DNA of 61,873 nt, counting the filler, from Sphacelaria rigidula (taxonomy: Eukaryota): NCBI GenBank assembly GCA_964200075.2. It is 9 parts of 9 records of this genome, joined end to end, with 100 filler letters (N's around TTAATTAATTAA, not from the genome) between each part and the next. Parts side by side here need not be neighbours in the genome. Positions count along the whole stretch, not along the records: positions 48,203 to 54,988 come from CAXNAA020018091.1; positions 55,089 to 61,873 come from CAXNAA020018092.1; 7 more parts are not named here. The stretch is one strand, 5' to 3'. Within the stretch, counting starts at the first letter, position 1. Every line of letters starts with the position of its first letter. Both the position numbers and the translations under genes were made by a program. Shown one piece after another: positions 51,426 to 61,873 of the stretch. The notes under the pieces were generated by a model, which worked only from the letters and a program-made list of their open reading frames with translations, searched no databases and had not been told where the DNA came from.

Positions 51426-53136
51426 TGGGGTCTTGCTGACAAGCTTATGGGACTTCGTGGAAATTCATGTACAACTTTACTGTCGTAAGATTGAGAGGCC
51501 AGGATACGATTCAGAGTGAGAAGCGGTCCGTTGATGAATGAAACGTTTCAGTTCCGAAATGCCCGTCCACGAGGCCCGATACACTTTCTGTGGTGACTTG
51601 CCACTGAATCCTGTGATGTCCTGAGTAGGATATCGACGTGTAGCTTTGAGCACACGACAGTGTCACAGGCAAAGATAAGCACACACAAAATGAAAATTGG
51701 ACACGTTAGAGCGAATAATAAAAACTCATTCTCAATCAACGCTGACGTCTCAATTTCACGGAAACATTGTTGTATGGAAGAGAATATTACTTCGCTTCAA
51801 TTTGGAACACAAAATGCCCTTCACAGTGAAAACGTCGGTGAGACATATCGTGGTATGGCCCTTCGCGTTGGTGAACTCATTGGTGTGTAGTCAGTTTGAC
51901 TTGTTTTGGATATACGCTCATAGTTTCGGAACTGTTTCCCACACGATTTCGTGGTAATTTGCATCTACTGCAAAATGCACACATCGATTGTTCCATCAAA
52001 GTCTATGCACACATTCCTGTGGTACTTGTAATCAAACTATCGAACAGCCAGGCTCTGTTCCGAGGCTTGTCCGTTGACAGCGCCGCGAAGTTTTGGAGAA
52101 TAATCTTTGTAGAGGCATAGATGGACGCAAAGAGAACATGAAAGCCGTGCAGGAGTGATGCAAGAGGTACAAGATTTAGGCAATTGGCGTGCTGCAGCAT
52201 TTTACCATGTGTTTAAGCGAGACGGATGCATGTCTTCGCCCTCCGGGTATCATTCAGCTGTGAGTGTCGCGAGGCTCAGCTTTGGGGCGAGGGCTGCCCC
52301 AGCAACGCCGGTGGTACCCGCTACGGTTGCTGTCGAAGCATTCAATGGCGGATACCCGCATTCTAATGCAACGCGGTAGCTAGCTGCAGCGGTTTGTGGG
52401 AGGGACAACGTCAACGCTGCGGTGCTATGCGCGTTGCTTGTGTGTGTGTCAACATGTGACCGTCCTGCTCAATGGGCTACGGGGGGAGCACGAAATATCA
52501 ACACCGCCCAACCACAACCGCACCCGCCGCGTGCAGCACCTACGCCTCCCCAGAAGCATGCCACGCCGTTCAGGTCTTCAGCAACAGCTGTGTGTGTTCA
52601 TCACATGGATGCACTACCATTGGCGTAATAAGCGCAATAATTTCACTGTTGCTCACACCCTGGACATTAGATTCTACTCTCAAAAAAATGTACTGCGTAC
52701 ATTATGGAGTCTATCGTCCGTTGCAATAGGCGCAATAGTCGATCCTGTACGCGGTACACCTTTTGACACTGTAATATGTTGTCATTATCCAGGGTATGCT
52801 GTTGTTGTTGCAATGGCAAAGCGCTACTGATCGTAGGTTATGCACAAGCAACGATGGCGCGCGGAGCATGCGCGGCAACGGCCATTTTGAATCCAGCGCC
52901 ACACCCGAAGGCTCTCTGCTTGGCGCCCAAACTGGAAAACAACTGGCTCAGGTCTTCAACGTGTCGAGCATCGAAATAATGAAACTTGAGTATATTGTTG
53001 TGGGTGCATCTGTTTTTCATCACTGTCCACCGTGATGGCTAATTCATTTAGAACGCGTCGTTCGTGTGCTTTTGTGTGTGCTGTGCGTGTGCGTGTGCGT
53101 GTACATTTATGTATGGGAAAAAAAACACGCACACAG

Positions 53137-53278
53137 TCCAAGGGGTCATGCCCTTTGACCGAAACAGACCCCGTGTCTGTGCTCACCAGAGGGTCCACGG
53201 ACTTTTTTGATGCCGAGTACAAGATGCTTCAGGCCTTGGTCAGTGGAGAGGGAATCGAGCATCACATGGAGCGCACTT
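53137..53278 (+). CDS. Class 3 lipase, downstream exon with probable catalytic His
   Basis: cacag|TCC...ACT T|gtgag. Phase-0 join to 48793. Reads SKGSCPL...EGIEHHMERT. Confidence 0.7.
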
Positions 53279-55088
53279 GTGAGTTTTTTGTTTTCCGTTG
53301 TCGAGCTTGCATTGATGCATGTTAGTATTTTTCGGTTCGGGTCCACCCTTTTTTTTTTCGTTACTTGGAGAGTACCTTCCTCGTATTCGTCGAGTTCCGC
53401 AGCCTAGGTCTCCTGAACAGCTTCCACGAAGGGTTACCCTCTCGATTGATGCTGCCTGGTAGCTTACCTTTCTCTCGGCTAAGCAACCTGCGTCAGCTCT
53501 ACAGTACACCGCGAACTTGGAGTCGACAACCAGAGCATTTACTTCCTAACGGACCACAAGCGATTTAGCTTTTTTTTTTTCCCTTTTTTTACTCTGTTTT
53601 CATATTTACTCTAAGCCTTATGTACTTCGCTTTCTTCGAAAACGATCTGTACATAATTGGAAACTTGCTCAGAAACACACTGAAAATCTCCCCATCATTG
53701 CGGTCGTTCAGCACTGTGTTATGTGTCTGTCTTCGTTGCTTTTCTAAACGGTTTCATGACCAACTAAAACCTCTGACTGGTCTCTCCCCCGCCTCCCGCC
53801 TCCCACCCCACCCGTTCGTGCTCGCCCTTTGCCGTCTTCTTAATTGTTGGCTTTGTTTTCTGTTCTTGTGCTTGTGCTTTCGTTTTCCCTGTGTTTTCCC
53901 ATATGCGTTCGTGTTTTTGTTTGGATGCCTCTTGTCTCACGCTTCTATTTTTTCGGGAATCATCCATGGCTGTTTTGCTTCTTGATCACATTTCATCTTT
54001 ATTCATTTATTGATTGATCGATTCATATCTAACAAAACGATATCGTTCGGTCTGTTGGTTTGTTGATTGGTTGGGGCTCGTATCATGTCCGAACGTTTTC
54101 GATACATATATTCATGTATGTGTTTGTTTCTCGTGTGATGAAGATTATTCCGCGCTGAGTAGTTTCTATATTCCACCACCCCCGGGAGAGGGCAGAGCAT
54201 GAAAATGCCGCTCATTATTAATAAATGGTGGTGTATCACCTCGTGTGATACGCTTTTCAAACTTGAGATTCGATGGGCAGATGGACAAGAAGATAATGTG
54301 CTGGCAAAACGTCTCGTGTAGAGGTGGGTGTGGACGGCGTCTTCCAAGGACAAAGTTCCGGCGTCACTAACGCCCTTGCGGTTTCCCAAGGAAACTCGGA
54401 GTGAATTGTGCGTCACCGGGCGAGAGGGAAGAGAAGGGGGAGACGGGGATAGGGGAAGGTCCCACAATCTACGGCAAACATGTTTAGCGGAGAAAAACTG
54501 TGTGTATTACTCGGCTACTTTGAAATAGGTATGGTGCAACCGGAATTGCCAGTTCATGGAGAAGTGCAAATGTTTGTGGCAGACATTGGCACCTCTTTGC
54601 GGGGGCAAGGGAGGGGCGTAACCAGAAAAATATCTTCCTTGGTTTGTGTCCACTGTGGGGTACATCAGCCAGGAAATGTTAGAAGGGCATTTTTCACGTG
54701 CTCCGCTTCCTCTTCCTGCCCAAATTGTTTTGAATATGGGATCTACTCTGGCGATGCCACTGTTTTTGGACGTTATTTCAATATCCGTTCGAAAAATGTC
54801 TGCTTTGGGGATTCAGCGCCGATTTGCTCTTGGATCAAAGGACTCGGCAGACTGCTGCCGAGATAGCCCCCCCCTCCAAACCGGCCAAAAACGTGCACGG
54901 AGGCGATGATCATAACTGCCGTTAAAGCTGGTTTCGTCCTGCACGACGCGACTGATTTGGGCGTTATAGCTGATTTCGGACTGCTACANNNNNNNNNNNN
55001 NNNNNNNNNNNNNNNNNNNNNNNNNNNNNNNNTTAATTAATTAANNNNNNNNNNNNNNNNNNNNNNNNNNNNNNNNNNNNNNNNNNNN

Positions 55089-55727
55089 ATACCCAAGGGA
55101 GATAGCGTCAATACTAAAATCTCTATGAAACTCCCGATCGATGCATTTCGCGGATGACGACGAAGTTTGGTGTGGAGAACCACCGAAGAGTGCTTTTCAT
55201 AGAGGTTAGGGCGTTCTCGTGAAATATGGTCTTTACCATAGTAGAACGCCCTAAACCAGTGGAAAAAAATGAAAAAAGTCAACCTGACTCACTTTGTTTT
55301 GTTGATTATGCCCTAGCCATGCCCCACATAAAGTTTCAATACACAAACACCAAACGTGGGCCGGTAACTGGCCTGCAAAATACTGTTCCGAATTTCTTGT
55401 GACTCTGTCACTAAACGGCCGATTATTCGGCCAATACTTGGAGTTGGATCCTGAAATTTGGTATGGACAATGAGGAGGGCATAATAAAAAAAATTACTGG
55501 CGTACACAAGGGATTTTTGTTTTTTTCATAAGTTAAGGGCCATAATCAGTTTTCAGATGAAATAACACTAACTTGTGAAAAAAAAAAATATCCCTTGTGT
55601 ACGCCAATAATTTTTTTCATTATGCCCTACTCATTGTCCATCCCTAATTTCAGGGTCCAATTCCAAGTATTGGCCGTATAATCGGCCTGCAAACTGCAGA
55701 ATCGCTTCTCGGCTGGCCCAGCTCGTA
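55089..55727. mobile_element. Right part of a third mariner-like MITE copy
   Basis: Ends CGCTTCTCGGCTGGCCCAGCTCG|TA. Internal hairpin about 55428-55517/55587-55677. Left part cut by contig end. Confidence 0.75.
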
Positions 55728-56877
55728 TTGCTTCCTCATTGCGTTATCCAGAAGCTAGTCTGGATTTTTTCTCACACGATGCCCAATAGTGGAGAGCGAC
55801 TATGTCATGGGCACACAAAATCCGATGGCACAGTCGACAAGGGAAAGGTACTGCTGAACGCCTTCCGCGATAAGAAATAAGGCAAGCACCGCAGAAGGAA
55901 GGTGGAGTACTAGAACATGAGAAGAAAAACCTTCTATGTTGGCCTTCCTCCTGGTCGACCCTGGCTGATACGCCCATCTATACTGAAAGGTGTAGACCGG
56001 CGTCCAAAATAGATGAGATCGCGATACACACACGCACACACACACAGTGTGATGTGTGATGTGCATCCTTATTTTCTTTCAACACACATTTTGACCAAGT
56101 GTGGGTCCCACCACTCCTGAATTCAAGTGGTTTTGACGGGGCAGCATCTGATAGAAACGAGGCCGAAATTAGGCGAAATGACTGCATTTCCTTCCTTTCT
56201 TTGGCGGGGCTCCCTCGCCAGCTAGCGGGGGGCGATAGGGGCTCGCACAGCGAGCTCTCTCGCACAGCGAGCTCTCTCGCAGTCGCTCGATCGTTCACTG
56301 TGTGCTCGTCCGGCTCGCTGTGGCCACAATTATGCAAGTCGAAATTCCTATCGACGGCTTCGCGGCCGTATCGTATCGAATTGAAGTATTGGTTCAATAT
56401 ACAACACTATTCGACATTCGTTTTGTGTATCGAGAGAGATCTGCAGCGATGAGGGACAACATGATGACAAATGAGGAGAGGTTTTCGGAGGCACTCAACG
56501 GTCTGCTATGGTAGGACTTGAAAAAATACTTGATGCACGACACGACCTGAGGTCGGCTCTCTGAACGGTGGAGTGACGACTGTAAAAAAGGAAAGCGGAG
56601 AGTTTTTGCTCTGCTCCTCTTGAATTATGTAGCGTTGTGTTCATGGTACGCTGGAAGTATGAAGTAGCCAAAACCGAACGGGGGAGGAAAAAGGGGGTGG
56701 GGGGACTGTGGTCGCTGTGCATATGTGAAGCGCATCAGTTTTTGACAAAATATTGTTTGTGCAACTAACTCCGCCGACGAAGTCAGACGAAACACACGCC
56801 CTAGACTTTCTTTTTTGTTCGGATGAGCACGATAAACAACTGACATACAACTGTGTCCATAACCACGACGACGCAAG

Positions 56878-57315
56878 GTGCAAGAAGGACCGACCTGCGT
56901 GTACACCACGTGCCCGGAGCACAAGTGCCAGCAAATCGCGAGCGAGGCTGTGTTTGAGGAGTTCGTATCCAAGGAGCAGCTTCAACGGTACCAGCATTTC
57001 TCCCTGAGCAGCTTTGTGGACATCAACAAAACGCTCCGGTTTTGCCCAGGGAAGGACTGCAACATGGTAGTCAAGGCGCCGCTCAGCTACCGCCGCAGCG
57101 TTCGGTGCAAGTGTGGGTCGGTGTTTTGCTTCAGGTGCGGGGAGGAGGCGCATGAGCCGTCGTCGTGCGCGGAGCTGGCGATGTGGCGAGAGAAGTGCCA
57201 GAACGAGAGCGAGACGGCGAATTGGATCCTGGCCAATACGAAACAGTGCCCCAAATGCAAGACCCGCATCGAGAAGAATCAGGGGTGCAACCACATGACC
57301 TGCCGACAATGCAAG
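56878..57315 (+). CDS. ARI: Ariadne-family RBR E3 ubiquitin ligase, exon (end of RING1, IBR, start of RING2)
   Basis: caag|GTG...AAG|gtgtgt. IBR CPGKDC..CKC..FCFRCGEEAHEPSSC, then ESETANWILANTKQCPKCKTRIEKNQGCNHMTC. Confidence 0.95.
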
Positions 57316-58088
57316 GTGTGTGTGTGTGTGTCGAAAAAGAACAAGACGAAACTTGGTTAAAACTGTTTTGGCGATTTCGGAACGATTTTTGCGGGAATGC
57401 TTGTCGGGCGTACCGGATTGTGGGCATGTCAGGAAGACTTGGTGTACTCTTGGAGAGCATTTCAACGCACTTGCCCAGTCTTTCGTGCGCCCAGTTTGAT
57501 TTGTGGCCGGAAACACCGTTTCTCATCAATATTTCCAAAAACAATTTCTCGCAAAGAAAAGACACGTAACTATACTATGTACCTATGTCAGAGACTAGGC
57601 TCGTTGTCTTTTCCGCTGCTTGAGAGATGGTGTTTCAGCCAGAATTCAAACTGGGCGCACGGCAGATGGAAAAAGTGTGCTGGAATCCCCTCGGAAATTA
57701 GGTACAGCAAGTCTTTCCGAGGTGGCGCAGCTTGCTGACCTCCGTATTCCGGACAAAGTCGGCGCTGAGTCGCCTAGTAAACTTGCTTCAAGAGTTTTTT
57801 CTTCGTACCACAAGAAGCGGATTGAAATGATGGGGTATGACGAACTTTTGCTTTAATCGCAAGTTGGAAAACGTCCACTGTGACTTCGTGTAGAGTACAT
57901 CGCAAGTAATGCCTCCGTGAGCTGGTTTCGCTCTGATGTTTTTCCGACCAGCCGGTCACTAAAAATGTTATCCCCGCGTCTCGCCTTCTATACGGATTCA
58001 AATCAATTGATTTTTTCTCGTTGCGGTGACTGTACGTTGTTTGCACCACAATCATTATCGTCATCATGTTCTCATCACACGCGCACAG

Positions 58089-58249
58089 GCGGAGTTCTGC
58101 TGGATTTGTATGGGGGACTGGGGAGAGCACGGCTCGACGACGGGCGGCTATTACAAGTGCAACAAGTACGAGGCGAAGGACGGCGACGGCGACAATGATG
58201 TCGCAAAGGCGAAAGCGGAATTGGATCGGTACCTGCACTACTACAAAAG
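58089..58249 (+). CDS. ARI: Ariadne RBR ligase, exon (end of RING2, start of Ariadne domain)
   Basis: cacag|GCG...AAAAG|gtcagt. Reads AEFCWICMGDWGEHGSTTGGYYKCNKY...LDRYLHYYK. Confidence 0.95.
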
Positions 58250-59000
58250 GTCAGTTGTGTATCGGGGTTTTGCAAAAGAGTTTGCCTTTGCTTCCCCCCA
58301 AGGGTTCGCGTTGCTTCTGGCTTGATCGTTCTCAAGTTGATGAAGGGAAGATGAGACTCATCCGGTTACTGCGCCACACAAAGTGGGTTGTGCACTGATA
58401 TTCTTGTGGGCGGAGCCCCGCTACTTTCGGGTGGCGTCTGGCGTTAGTGAGGGTGTAGTACTTCGCAACCTCGGGGTGACGATGGGCGCAGCAGCAGGCA
58501 AACATTTTGACGCATGTGTTGTTTCGGTGTGTGAATGAACCCCAGGTGTTCAAGATATAGTACAGTCCAATTACGGGTACTTTCGGGTGTCAATACTACA
58601 GCTACTCTGGAACCCTCGTCATTTCCGGCGGTCAAGTACTACAGGAACTCTGGAAATGGCAGTATTTGGTTTTAGACTGCATTGTAGCCGCTGCGCCCTG
58701 ATGTTGTAGTTGTCCGACTGTCACAACAAGGATGGAGAGAACGTGGCTTTGATTTCCGATGCTTTGTGCTTTTTCTTCGAAATATATGATTCTTGCCGTC
58801 GAAAGCGTGAGTACGTGAGAAACAAGAAGTACTTGACTGAGCTTGATCCAGGGGAGTTGACGTGGTACGGGAGTGCTGATGGTCATCATCCAATCCACGA
58901 GACTGAAGTGCAAGGCGTGTTCGGGGGAGAGATGGGTTGATGTATCGAGACCACAGTCTCGTCCCGGGGAAGGGGAGGGGTTCAAAGTGCGACGAATTAA

Positions 59001-59118
59001 CCCTTTTGGAACCCGTTGCCGATTCTTGTTTTCGTGAATTGGCATCATTTTAAGTCACTTTCAAGTCAAAATGATGCCGACTCACGAAAACAAGAATCGG
59101 CAACGGGTTCGCAAAGGG
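59001..59118. mobile_element. 118-bp palindromic piggyBac-like MITE in an Ariadne intron
   Basis: TTAA|CCCTTTTGGAACCCGTTGCCGATTCTTGTTTTCGTGA...TCACGAAAACAAGAATCGGCAACGGGTTCGCAAAGGG|TTGA. ~51-bp arms, CCC/GGG termini, TTAA-like TSD. Confidence 0.75.
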
Positions 59119-60099
59119 TTGAGTAAGCAAAAACATAATTATTGCCGCCGAGACCCGCTGGTTGAGTAGCAAAACTGGTGCTGTTGGGGTGGAAAGAACG
59201 TGGGTTCGAATCCCGATAGATGCGTTTCGGTTTTTTATTTCACCACTGATTTCGGCCGTAGAAGACGCGAGGGCATAAATGGCGTGAAGAGTTCGCTCAG
59301 CGATGGTCGACGCGGTGGTGTTGGTCTGACGTGCGAGACCAAAATGCGAGGCGGGTATCGGGGGAGATATAGGTCGATCTCTGGGGACCACGGACTTGTC
59401 CCAAGGAAAAAAATGGGTTGAAAGTTTCACGGGGGAAAGAAGAACGCTTCACGTGCTCTGGAGTACCGAGCACTAAAGATGTATACGGAGAATCTTCAGT
59501 ACCCCGAGTAGCGTGCCCCATCCGAGGCGCGTTTTGGAGCAGTATTTTGTGTTGTCGATAGCTGGAAACTCAAATCTACCTGTACAATATTTAACATTGA
59601 CAGCTGTACTAGAGTGTTTGTTGACTGGTAATGCTGCGTGCTGTGAGGCTCTCGACTGCTGTTGTTGGTCGAGGTGTATTGGCTGGGTACGGTACTGCCC
59701 GGTAGTGCGTGTGGCATACGAGCTGTGACGCCGTGGTACGTGGTGAAAAATGTGCACAGAGGGTGGTACTGCTCGTCAGATATGTGTACTGCGCTGCACG
59801 GTGTCTTCGTAGCTAATGCTGTCGGCATCGACCGCTGCTCTTCAGATTTTGCGTACACCACTGTACCGCCTACAGCATGTCGTCTCCCTGTCGAGGAGTG
59901 CAGAAAGAACAGTTTATTTCCCGAGACTGGAGCGAAATGTCCGCAGGTGAAAAGCGGTACCGTGTGTGATACTGGGTGTCACGCTGTCAGCTTGTACCGC
60001 GGACGACAACTCGCACGTGAACCCACGCTCATGTGTATCTGCATCGACATACGATATGTCCACTAGACTATACCCTGTACAAGTTTTGTGTAGTAGTTC

Positions 60100-61720
60100 G
60101 GGGTAGATGCGTGGAGGAACCCCGGGACATTTCGTATTTCTGGGACCCTGTATCCCCGGTGCTCTGGACAGTATTTTCGGCAGTCTCGTACTCTTGCGTG
60201 CTCTGGGATACTCGGGGCTTTGAAGGGGTCAGTACCTCAGGGTATTCTGAATACCCAGTATTTCGGCACTCGAGTCCTTCACGTACCTTGGGATACCACG
60301 TATTTTCGCCATTCCGCACCCGAGGTACGTCGAGATACTCAGTATCTCCCGCCAGTCAATACTGCAGGTACTCTGTAGTACTGGTTTCCTGAAAATATCC
60401 TGATAATTAGAGTACCTGGAATATCGTACTCCATCCTATCCACATTTGTAATGTACAGTTGTTGCTGCTACTGATTATATTGGTTGCAAATCGACTGTAT
60501 TTTTTTGCTGTCTCGTGTCGTTTTATTTGGATTTATATATTGATTATCAGTCGCTGTTAATGTTGCTGATTGCAACAACCGTGTTGCTCTTTCTCTCCCC
60601 GACGTCTCCCCGTCTTTGCCTCCTTTATTTTCCCCCTGTCTCTTGTTTGTTCGATCCTTTGCCGTACAGGTATCAGGCCCATCACTCCTCTCAGCAGATC
60701 GCGGAGAAGCAGCAGGACACGACGGAAAGGCGAATGGTGGAGCTTCAAGAGGCGGTCGGAAGCGCGTGGATCGATGTTCAGTTCCTCAAGACTGCGGTGG
60801 AGCAGCTCATCGAATGTCGCCGCGTGCTCAAGTGGGTTTGCATATGTGTATATATATTATCTCATGTAGACGGCGGATGAACGTGACGAAAAGATAATAA
60901 TTGCAAATGCGCTCAGAATAGGGTAATGTATCCCAGGTGCTCTGGATTCCCGAAGAAGGTACCTCGAGTACCCATGGCCCCAAATACTCGGTGTGGTACT
61001 TGGGAGTACTCTGTGTGGAGTATTCAGTACTCCCCAGAACGTAAAGTCACCATTCCCCGAAAATTGAATGTTCTGAACCATCTTGAGTATCGACTGCCGA
61101 AAGTTCTGACTATTACGGGGGGTTTTACTGTCAAGAATATGGCGTACTCCAGTGTACTTGCCGCATGAACAATATCCCTTACTGGGTACAACACAGTTCC
61201 GTAGATACAGGTCGATCAGGCGATGGATGCCACCAGGTGATACCTTCTGCGGTTTCAGCCGTACAGCAAATTCTCTATGGAGCCCTGTGCGACTACCCAT
61301 GCTTTCATCAACAAACCCAAAATACAGTTGAGTACCGTGAAGCGACGTGGTGCGTGAACTCCCGCTAACCGATTGAGATACTTTGTGCAGTTCGTCGGCA
61401 TCACAGATTATTACAGACTACCTGTCGCGTTTGTCGGAAGTTCTGAATATCCCACGGTCCTCGCGTGCCCACCCCCTCCTCCAATACCCGATGTCGTACT
61501 CGGAGTGCTCAGCCAATCACTCGGCATCCCCAACGCCTGAAGAACGGATTCCCGCAATGTTGAGTATCCCGGAGAATTGCTCCTGCAAAAGTACCGAGTA
61601 CTCGTCGAGGACCTGGGGCACTCATCACCCGAAGTAGTCGGTGAAGTAGTCACCACTCGCAGTACCCGGAGTATCTCATTCCAGTCTACCGGTACTCGTA
61701 CTTTACCCTACCCTGAAGAC
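60100..61720. repeat. Degenerate GAGTAC/GTACTC-rich intronic repeat on both sides of the last visible Ariadne exon
   Basis: Dense AGTAC/TACTC/TACCC words at about 60120-60430 and 60920-61710 with no coherent ORF. Confidence 0.5.
60670..60831 (+). CDS. ARI: Ariadne RBR ligase, exon (Ariadne domain)
   Basis: tacag|G TAT...CTC AA|gtgggt. Reads YQAHHSSQQIAE...WIDVQFLKTAVEQLIECRRVLK. Phase 2 matches 58249. Confidence 0.93.
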
Positions 61721-61783
61721 TATGAATTGATGGCCGAACATACTGTGCTGTAGCCTCCTGGACTCGAATGTGGAGTGGACGAG

Positions 61784-61873
61784 TTTTGCATACGTCGGAC
61801 GAGCCATCACTCGTCGAGACGAGTGCACTCGTCGATGTTTTTCGAAAACACAACGAGCATGACTCGTGCTTTC
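61784..61873 (+). repeat. Transposon-end-like motif TTTGCATACGTCGGACGAGC followed by ACGAG/CTCGT subterminal repeats (second copy 41160-41216)
   Basis: Identical 20-mer near the ends of two different contigs, each followed by short repeated motifs. Confidence 0.6.

Noticed and set aside
58710..58940. Short ORF in an Ariadne intron with DGHH, faintly integrase-like
   Set aside because: Too short, and the motif context is insufficient.
60100..61720. Possible CRISPR-like or regularly spaced array in the GTAC-rich tract
   Set aside because: No constant repeat unit or regular spacing, and the context is a eukaryotic intron.

Overview
Eukaryotic, intron-rich and repeat-rich DNA, most likely from a brown alga (Phaeophyceae, Ectocarpus-like), judged from the gene families. 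The window is not one locus. It is nine contigs of 6786 bp each (the last 6785 bp) joined by identical 100-bp N44-TTAATTAATTAA-N44 linkers at an exact 6886-bp period, so nothing across a linker should be read as synteny. Recognisable genes: the 3' exons of a ROCO (LRR-Roc-COR) GTPase, a complete intronless ankyrin-repeat protein of the brown-algal/phaeovirus-like type, internal exons of an Ariadne RBR E3 ligase, two exons of a class-3 lipase and two partial multi-exon membrane-protein genes. Transposon relics include a hAT dimerisation domain, a DIRS/Ngaro-like tyrosine-recombinase fragment, a probable KDZ/Zisupton-like transposase pseudogene, mariner-like and piggyBac-like MITEs, a foldback element and non-LTR 3' ends. 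The most unusual observations are (i) a 70-bp poly(C)-tailed insertion with a perfect 16-bp target-site duplication that truncates the ROCO last exon and matches the 3' end of a dispersed repeat family, suggesting a C-tailed retroposon, and (ii) a MITE family whose internal hairpin differs between copies while staying self-complementary. No rRNA, bona fide tRNA or CRISPR array was seen. All family assignments come from motif recognition, not database searches.
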